From Entomortierella parvispora E1425 (lineage: Eukaryota > Fungi > Mortierellomycota), in the NCBI GenBank assembly GCA_020891255.1, contig BQFW01000007.1, forward strand, positions 1,426,001 through 1,490,000: a stretch of DNA of 64,000 bases, given 5' to 3'. This document shows positions 55,410 through 64,000 of this stretch, piece by piece (position 1 is the stretch's first letter; every line of letters starts with the position of its first letter). A program made the translations under genes and the position numbers. Below the pieces are notes generated by a model. It did not search any database. It saw nothing but the letters and a program-made list of their open reading frames with translations, and was not told where the DNA came from.

Positions 55410-55855
55410 AACAGCAGCAACAGCACTTGCACCTACAGCAACAGCAAAGCATGCAGCAACATCATCACCATCAACAGCAGCAGCAACAGCAGCAGCAGCA
55501 GCAAATGATCTTGACCTCTCAGGCACCTACTTTGGCCAGTCAGTCTGGAGGATCCATAATGTCAATGTCGAGCCAAGAGTTGCAAATGTTTGCCGCGAAC
55601 GCCAACAGCAACCACAACAATGGCAGTTCTCTTCTTCACCATCCCCTTTCACACCACCCACAGGCCCAAGCCATGGTTCATTCCACTAGTCCGTTTGGGA
55701 TGACGAATATGTCTGGAAGTCAATTTGGTCCGCTGGCAGTTGTGCCTCAGCAACAACAACAGCAACAACTGCAGCAGCAGCAGCAGCAACAACTTCTTCA
55801 ACATCAACATCAGCAACAGCTTCATTCCTTGTATTATCACACCCCACCTTCGTAA
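49872..55855 (+). CDS. Large (~1,910 aa) Q/S/T-rich transcription factor with two C-terminal C2H2 zinc fingers
   Basis: CPDCGKDFNSRGLLRSHIVSH-SEDRPF-ACTECNGSKSYKRNHDLLRHKREKH. Introns 52335-52436 and 53278-53414; many CAG/CAA tracts. Confidence 0.85.
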
Positions 55856-56161
55856 ACACTCTTGTCATTTTCAATCCGTCTCTTTCTTGTACCATTTGTT
55901 GTCCCCCTCCTTTTTTTTTCCTTGCTTCTTTTCTTTCTTTCTAATTTACTCTCTTTTTTTTTTGCCCTTTCAATGCTAATATTCACCTTGTTTCGACATG
56001 GTCTCTAAATAAAAATCAACCTGATCGCTGACAGAGATCTTGAGGGTAACATTGGTGTAAATATTTTATTTCGGCATAAAAAAAAGAGGATGGGGTGGGG
56101 AGACAAATTACAAAAAAAAAAAAGAAGAGCTAGGGTGTGTGTTTGGCTAGGTCAAGGAATT

Positions 56162-59100
56162 TTAAGCTGCCTTCTTGTTGATCGAGTCCAAGGAAGCAAC
56201 GGTCCGTCCGAGCTCATTGCCGGGGGTCAAGTAGGAGATATCATCCCAAGGATGTCTGTACAATCCCTGCTTGAGTCTCTTCTGGTCCAAGAAGTGGCCA
56301 ATGAAACCAATGGTGCGTCCGAGGACAAAGAGACCGTTCAGAGTACCAATCTTGATGTACTCCTCAGCCTCCTCGCGCGTGAATGCGTTCGAGTTTCTCA
56401 ACAGATCCACAAACAAGATGCCGATCGCACCATCAACGTTCAAAATCAAGTTGTCCTTCTTGGACGTCGTGATGGTCTCGACAGCCAAGGCGTAATCCAA
56501 GACGGGGGTCGAGGGGAAGTGCTTCTTGGCGTAGTTCTTGATAATCTCCACACGCAAATCGGGGTTGGTTCTCGACTTGATCTTGTGGCCGATACCGAGA
56601 ATCAGCTTGTTTTGCTTGCGCATCGAAGAGACAAACTCGCGGGGGGAAAGCGACTTGTCGTAGGCCGACGAGAACTGCTCAGCGGCTCCGTCCAAGGCAC
56701 CTCCGAAACGATCACCAATGGTCAAAAGACCGGCGCAGAGGGAAGAGACGAGGTCCTTTCCAGCACGGGCAGTGACGATGGTGTTGTGGGCGCCAGAGAC
56801 AGCAGGACCGTGATCAGCGGTGAGCATGAGAACCATCTCGATAAACTTGCAGGCATAGTCAGGAAGGCGACGCTTGAACCACAAGAGCGAGAGAACACCT
56901 CCGATACCAATGTCCTCCTTGAAGACATCCGAGATACGCATACCAGCATACAACAATTCCTGTCCACGGTCATCACAGATCGTCGACACAAATGAGGCAG
57001 GTTTGCGGACAAGACCCAACTCCTGGGCCCAGGAATAATCAATGGGGATCTTGGGCGTTTCGGGCTCGGGACGGACTTGGATCACACCCTTCTTGACCAA
57101 GGTTTGGTAGGTCTGGCTCAGGACCAAAGGCAGCTTCTCAAACGTCTCGGGGACGATCACACCAGCAGCACGGAGAGCCCTGTTCTTCGCATCGGCAGTC
57201 TCCAAGTCAGACTGGGCCAAAGCACCAGCGTGTCCAAACTGAACTTCAGTGGCAAACATCTTGGCGCAAGTACCAATGCACCAGGCAATGACGGGCTTGC
57301 GGATGGTACCGTTCTTGATTGCCTCACAGACCTTGTACTCCTCAACGCCTCCGACCTCTCCCAAGAGAACGAGCATCTTGCAGCCGGGGTCCTTCTCATA
57401 GCGCAACAAATGATCGATAAAGGTCGATCCGGGGTAACGGTCGCCTCCGATAGCAACACCCTCATAAACACCATCCGTAGTGCGCGAGATAATGTTGTTC
57501 AACTCGTTGGACATGCCTCCAGACTTGGAGACATAGGCCACGGATCCAGCACGGTACAACTTGGAAGAGACAATGTTATCCATCATACCACCGGTGTTTC
57601 CAATCTTGAAGCAACCGGGCTTGATACCACCGACGGTGGCTGGTCCAATGACCAAAACATTTCTCTCCTTGGCCTCCCACAAGATCTGGCGAGCGCGACG
57701 CTCTGGGACACCCTCAGCGATGATGGAAATAGTGCGAATCTGCTTCGAGTGCTTGAAGATCTCCTTGGTCGAGTCATAGACGGAACGGCAAGAGGCAAAG
57801 TTGACGACAGTGTCGACCTCGGGGTACTTGGCCACAGCCTCATCCAAGGAAGTGAAAACGGGCAAGAGGGTCTCCTTGGTACCCCAGTAAAACTTTTGGA
57901 CATGAGCTCCTCCAAAGGGATAGACCATGGCTGCAACGGAGGGAACCTCGCGCTTGCAAATGAAATCAAAATCGAGCATTCCCTGGACAGCACGAGGCTG
58001 CATACCATAGATGAAGGAGCGGGTGTGGGCGGTGAAGGGGGTGTTCTCGTCATGGCCGTTGTTCTCAGAGTCTGCGCCAGACTGGTCCTGGAAGTAGGTC
58101 ATGCGGTCCTCCATAGGAGGGGGAGATGAAGCACGGGAGCCGGCGTTCAAGGGAGTGTTGTTACCCAAGAGCTGATCCTGGAGCAAGTTGCCAGATGACT
58201 GAGGGGTGTTGGGGGTGGCAGCGCCGGACTGGTCCAAGCCCGAGGTTTTTCCAGTCAAGGCCAAAGGCACAATCTCGGTGATGTGAGTCTCGGGTCCAAA
58301 GACCTGGATTTCCACGCCAAGGGTCTCACCCAACTGACGCATGGATCGAAGACCCTCCTGGTAGTTGGGGCCTCCACGACGAACAAAAATTCGGACCTTG
58401 TGAGCAATCAAAGGCTGCTTGAACTCGGTCAAGGCGCGAACAATGCCCTTGAAGGTCGAAGCAACGTTGGTAAAGTTGGCAATGCCACCTCCAATGATCA
58501 AGACCTTTCCGAGAGGGTGAGGGACAGCAGAGCGAGTCATGAGGTCCAAGATCGTCTTGGCGTACTCATAAGTCTGTGTCTCTGTGGGTGCTCCAGAGTA
58601 TTCTCCATAGTTGGCGAGTTCATTCGCCTGTCCGAGGGCAGCAATGGCATCACTAAAAATGATTTTTACAAAATTAAGTCGATTTAGTCATCAAAAAATG
58701 GATATGCATTGCAATGCGAACTTCAATCCACCAATTTTCTTAAGTGAACATTACCTGTAAACAACAGAGGCTCCACCGCCAGCGACCATGGTCCAGATAC
58801 GGCCATCCTTGTTCAAGATGGTAAGCTTGAGCGAAGCACCAGTCTTGGAATCCAATTCCTGAACATAAGCCTCCTCCTTGGTCAATTCACGACCAAAGGG
58901 AGCAGGGAAATCCATGGGTGGTCCAGCATCCACACCCTGAGCGCCAGCGGCAACCAATCCAATGTTCTGGGGAGCACGAGCAAAGGCCCACTTGGGACCA
59001 GCCTCAAATTCAGCAGTCTGATCAACCTTGGCAGCGAGATCGAGGTAGTAGACCTGAGCAGGGTGCTCAGGGGTAGGGTCCAAGACAACCAATGGGTTGA

Positions 59101-59883
59101 TCTCCAGATAAGTGAAGTGAAGATCGATATAGACGGCGTAAAGGCGGGCAATGAAATCCACCAATACGTCGTGCTTAGCCTCAGGGACGTGAGTCAACAA
59201 GGTTGTCTGGATCGAGGCTGGGGTAGGGAAAGAGTCGCTGACCTTGACCTGAAGCTTGAGGGCCTTGGCATCAACATCACCAACCTCAATTCCTCCCTCG
59301 TGAGTGAAAAGGATGTTGTCTCCATCGCGGTCCGAGTTGATGCAGATGTAGTATTCAGTGTTGGCGGGGTGGGGGATGAAAGGCTCGACCAAGAAAGTCT
59401 TGAGGACACCTGCGACAGAGTCGACCTACAACACCATGAAACAGAGAGTCGTTCTGTTAGCACCTCTGTGCCCAATCCAGTACTTCATACATATATCAAC
59501 AGACACTCTGTACATACGACGACATCCTTGCCAGCATGGGCGGTGATCCAGGTGCGAACTTCAGGCCAGTCAGCATTCAACAACAACAGGCCACTCTTGC
59601 CACGGCGCTTGATCAGTTGATCGGGCTTGGCGACCAACTTTGTGGTCAACAACCAAGGGTGGATCTGCTCCATGCGATCGAGCAAGACCTGAACGTGTTG
59701 GGCAAAGACAGCCTTGTCAGAGTTCAAGAATGCAGTGTCGATCGCCACATGGGCCAGACGCGTCGCAGGCTGCACAAACTTGGATCCAGAAGCAGAGGTG
59801 CCAGTGGCGGGGACAGGCGTGCGCAGCAGCCAATGGGCCAGCAACAGCTTTCCGTCGTACTCGCGAACAGCCTTGGCAGACAT
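56162..59883 (-). CDS. ACL1: ATP-citrate lyase, single polypeptide with fused beta and alpha regions
   Basis: [36 protein letters not shown]|[35 protein letters not shown]. Exons 59883-59518, 59425-58755, 58652-56162. Confidence 0.96.
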
Positions 59884-60461
59884 GGTTGTGAGGAGGGGTT
59901 ATGTACAGGGAGGGGAGGGAAGGAAACAAAGAAAAAGAAAGAAAGAAAAGACCTTGTGCGCTTTTATGCCTGCAATCCTGCTTTTCAGTGATATTTGGTT
60001 CTAATGCGATGATGAAAGAGAACACAAAGTTAATACTTGCGTCGACAATGGGAGGCATAGAAACAAAAAAGGAGGTCCTTCTGTCCCGTCCTGTTCTGTC
60101 CTGTTTGCAGACATGGGCAATGGAGCCCAGCGTCAAACTTTGGGCAGAGTGCTGATCAGCTCAAGGATTGTGCACAAGAGCGTCAGGCACAAATGACATT
60201 GTGCACCGCGTGGAGTCAATGCATTTGCACCAGAGCAAATAACGCCATTCCTCATTGTCAGCACGGCCCGGGACAAACCGGGAAGGGAATAGGCCTAAAA
60301 AAATAGAGCCGTGAAAGGGTCGAGGAAGGATGGCAAGAGAGCGAGACCAGAAGACTTCTGTCGAGAACGAAGGAGCGGTTCATCACTTTGCCTGTGTATT
60401 ATTTTTTTCCCACAGGTGCATGCGCTGCGGGCAGGGCGAATGTGAAGACAAAAGGGCAAGC

Positions 60462-60501
60462 AAGGAAGGAAGGAAGGAAGGAAGGAAGGAAGGAAGGAAG
60501 G
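60462..60501. repeat. (AAGG)10 microsatellite upstream of ACL
   Basis: Seen directly. Confidence 0.9.
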
Positions 60502-60775
60502 GGAGAGGGAGCGGCAGTGGATGGGTTACCTTGAAGTCTCGACTGTTGGGGTAGAGCAGAGCAAAGCAAGGAACGACAAGATAGCAGGAGTTGGATAAAG
60601 AACGAAAGAAGGCACGGCGGCGACGAGGCGGGTGTTTGCTGACTTGCCAGCCGGGGTTGAAGGCGATTCGATTCCCTTGTGTGTGAGAGCTGTGAGGAGA
60701 GAAGGGAAGTGAAAGGGGAATAGACAGTCACCGTGCCTTGGATCACGTGGAGCCATCGTCATGGCGCCAACGCGC

Positions 60776-60806
<31 letters not shown>

Positions 60807-61860
60807 ATTGCACAAAGGACAAGGACAACCACCAATGAGCTACGACACTACAGGACCACAACGCGGGATAGAGGCGACTCACTGGACACTGGACAAAAGG
60901 TACCGTAGAGCATCCTTTTTATTTTCTGCTCCTCTCCTTCTCTTTCTCATGGAAGCGCGATAATGATTACAATTACTTCAAGTAATCTGAGCCATGACCA
61001 ACAAAGAACCAGCATACGCCTCAAAGGAAAAAGAAGCACAGTGTCCTCAACCTCGCGTCTGCTTCAAGAGTCATTTCATCGGTGGAGAATGGCAGACTCG
61101 GACCGCAGTGTTGTGAGATTTTTGACGGGTGGTTTCAGAGTTTCTCCAATCTATCGCCCAAAGACCCATGCTCTGCGTGCAAAGAGACGGGCGTGTTGCA
61201 AACCCCCCTCATTTTTCACCTCAACGAAAAGGAGTCGGTGGTGGCCACGTCCATCATTCTCTTTCAGGCATCTTGGCTTTGATGATATTCTGGAGACTCC
61301 CACTCGTTTCTCTCCTTGTGGTGAGTCTTTGCCATTGTCCTAAGAAATGCTCTCGCAGGCATTGGGTCTAGAGGAATCTGTCTTTGCTCTTCTTTTTCCT
61401 GAGGCGGTTCAGTTGGGCCTCTCCCTGTTTCTTATGCACTGATATCAACAGGCACCGAATGAATCGCAAACTTTCCTACCTCTTCCATATCGTACGCACA
61501 GAGCTGAACTGGCCTCTCAGAGAGTTTCTAATCCTCTTTTACATCTCATCGAATATCCAACCTAGGTAATTGGATCAGCAAGATATACTGTAGTTGACAA
61601 TAATGATCTTTCATAATAAACCCAAGGATCCCATGAAATATAAAGGTTTTCTGTTCTTTAATGATTGCTAAAAGTAAAGGGGGGGTGGTAGACCTGACCG
61701 AGTCAGGTCCTTGTATATGATGCAGGAAATGGATCTTAAGTGGACCCAAACGTTCTAGTGTGGTGGTTGTTGTTTTGGCGAGATCGAGTCGATATCCGCC
61801 GATCGCCGATCATCGATCATAGCCCGGAGAAGAAGAGAGGGGGAAGAAGAGGCGGTGCTT

Positions 61861-62313
61861 TTACTTCTTCTTCTTACCACCCTTGCCGGACGCTTGTGGT
61901 GTAGCCTGGGCAATCTGCTTGGCAGTCAATGCCTTTCTGTCCACATCACCGCCATCAGCAAAGTCGAGGTCACCGAATCCATCCATGGCACCAAACTTCT
62001 TTGCGAATTTGGAAAGCTGACCAGAGTCGTCGCTGGAGGCATTGCCTCTCAGCTCTGGGTTCCAAAGAGGATGGTTACGGGTGTCACGGGTCAAGCGGAT
62101 CTGGGGACGGGGGCTGGGTGTCCGGAGGGTGAAGGTCGCACCGTTGGAGAGGACGATGGTCTGGTCAAAGAGTTCCGGGGTCCGGGAGACATAGTCTGAG
62201 GACGTTGCTGAGGACGATGTCGAGGAGGACTTGTGACGGAGGGTGACGAAAGAAGAAGGAGCGATGCGGGTGGCCCTTGAGAGGGGGGCCATTGACCGTG
62301 TGAGGAGGGACAT
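61861..62313 (-). CDS. MRPL36: Mitochondrial ribosomal protein bL31m
   Basis: IVLSNGATF...SPRPQIRLTRDTRNHPLWNP after an R/S-rich presequence. Confidence 0.85.
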   Translation of the reverse strand: MSLLTRSMAPLSRATRIAPSSFVTLRHKSSSTSSSATSSDYVSRTPELFDQTIVLSNGATFTLRTPSPRPQIRLTRDTRNHPLWNPELRGNASSDDSGQLSKFAKKFGAMDGFGDLDFADGGDVDRKALTAKQIAQATPQASGKGGKKKK

Positions 62314-62612
62314 GGTGCTGTGTGAGAATGGAGCGATGGACACTGAGGGGAAGGAAAGAAAAAGGAGGACTGGCAGGTGAGTAGTTTTGAATGAATGACC
62401 TTCAATGTCAATGGAATGAGCCTCCAGCAAGGTACAGAGGACCTTCCCCCCGAGTGTTGTTGTTGGTCAAGCTCAGCCACGAATCTGAGGAGTCACGTGA
62501 ATCTTCAATAGATATCACGTGATATACAAAAAAGCCCTATTTTTTAGTATGGCGAGAACCTTGCATTCGCATCATTATACCCAGGTTCACGACAACTTCA
62601 GCATCTTCAACA

Positions 62613-63368
62613 ATGGCAACTTTTACCCCTGCACCCTCTGCCGCGCCCCGCCTCAAGGTTTACAGACAGACTCATGTGAACCCCATTGGCATGTCTGCCA
62701 CGGTCCAGGTCACTGTCATGGACGCGTCTTACTGGGTCTGGATATCTGTCAGGACCCAAGGAGAAATCACGGACGAGGTAGAACTGCATCAGGTCACGCC
62801 CGAAGAACTGCGTCAAGGCGGTCGGGACGCAACGCGTGCCTTTGGAGATGTATCCATCTCCATGCCCCCAACAAAGTTTCAAAAGGTATTACCCAGGAGG
62901 AAGCAAGAAAGAAAGAAAGAAAAAAAAAAGGGATCACATCGATTGTCAGTCTGCAAACAAAATGTCCGAAGTGCTGATCCTTGAGGCTATCATTGTAGGT
63001 CCCTGCATGCGTCAACTTGATCGGAAACAGAATCGACGAGACCTCTCTTCGGATGGCAATGCGCTTCGGTAAGTTCCTTCCGCCTGGTCTTTCCTCTGGA
63101 TCTTTTATCCCTAGATTAACCGTGAAATGTCTTTACATATCCAAATGCCAACGCCTCCTTCTTAACAACGGATTCATCTTTCTTGAACTCTATAGCTATG
63201 AGGTTCAAGCGCCAGTTCATTGTCAATCTCGACGCCGAAAACCCACAACAAAACGAGATGGCATGTGCTTATGGAGAAAAAAAGGCCCTTGATATGATTA
63301 CAAAGATTGAGGCATTAGAATCATCATCATCATCAGCAGCAACAACAACAGCCGGCAGCGAACAATAA
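62613..63368 (+). CDS. Probable proteasome assembly chaperone 4 (PAC4/PSMG4-like)
   Basis: Three exons: VQVTVMDASYWVWIS...FGDVSISMP, then SLRMAMRF|AMRFKRQFIVNLD, matching the PAC4-family pattern as I recall it. Confidence 0.7.
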
Positions 63369-63431
63369 AGTCGTGGAAAATATCAAATTCGTCGAGCGAA
63401 AAAGATATTTTATTTACAATCCAAAAATTCT

Positions 63432-64000
63432 TTACAAAGAGTTCTTGACAGCAGAGGCGCGCTTGGCCATCTTCATGTTGGACTTGAAGCCCATCAATCC
63501 ACCACCCCAAGCCTTGCGAGCAGTCTCGTTCTTCTCAGTGTAGTTGGACTTGATGGCAGAGATCAAGGAGGCGAGCTCAGCCTTGTCCTCGGCCTTGGTC
63601 TCGGTGAAAGCCAAAGCGGTGGCGGTCTTCTTGTGAACAACAGTTCCGAGACGGGCCTTGCCCTTGACAATGCAGTATGGGATACCCATCTTGCGGCAAA
63701 GAGCGGGCAACCAGACAACAACCTCAATGGGGTCAACATCGTCAGCAATGACGACGAGGGAAGCCTTCTTGGCCTCAACCAAAGCGGTGATGTGGTTGAT
63801 ACCGTACTTGACGACGAAGGGCTTCTTGGACTCGGCCTTCTCACCCTTCTCGACCTGAGCGGCGGCAGCAGCGGTCAAACGCTCCTTCTTCTCGACGCGG
63901 GTCTCGGGGCGGTACTTGTTGACGAGCTTGAACAACTGGGTGGCAGTGTTCTTGTCCAAGACCTGGGTGAACTGGTTCAAAGCTGGGGGAACCTTGAGAC
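63432..64000 (-). CDS. RPL8: 60S ribosomal protein eL8 (L7a); 3' part only
   Basis: [17 protein letters not shown]...KYRPET...VKYGINHIT...[33 protein letters not shown]. Confidence 0.96.
   Translation of the reverse strand, partial: LKVPPALNQFTQVLDKNTATQLFKLVNKYRPETRVEKKERLTAAAAAQVEKGEKAESKKPFVVKYGINHITALVEAKKASLVVIADDVDPIEVVVWLPALCRKMGIPYCIVKGKARLGTVVHKKTATALAFTETKAEDKAELASLISAIKSNYTEKNETARKAWGGGLMGFKSNMKMAKRASAVKNSL

Overview
Intron-rich fungal genomic DNA; gene content, GT-AG introns and long A/T homopolymers suggest Mortierellaceae (inference). Conserved genes in order: SSE1/Hsp110 (5' part only), GCN2, a class I sirtuin, an alpha-arrestin, a 2-TM PY-motif protein, a PQ-loop transporter, NDUFB8, RFA2, an Spt23/Mga2-like IPT-ankyrin factor, a large poly-Q C2H2 factor, single-chain ATP-citrate lyase, bL31m, PAC4 and RPL8 (3' part only). 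The accessory content is more interesting. (1) A four-member family of unannotated single-pass receptor-like proteins lies in two tandem pairs, with identical 3-exon phase-0 structure, four conserved Cys and two conserved cytoplasmic motifs (D-x-P-x-SK...QR and HPRPN[VI]VTTI). It shows a gene-conversion-like patch, and one copy is broken by a 4-bp duplication. (2) An 811-bp Mutator-like element (70-bp TIRs, 9/10 10-bp TSD) carries an ORF with a PARP-type zinc-finger-like motif. (3) An intronic C/D snoRNA (snR71/U29-like) sits in an apparently non-coding host transcript. (4) A CACTA-like subterminal repeat remnant is present. Exon coordinates were derived by hand and no database searches were run.
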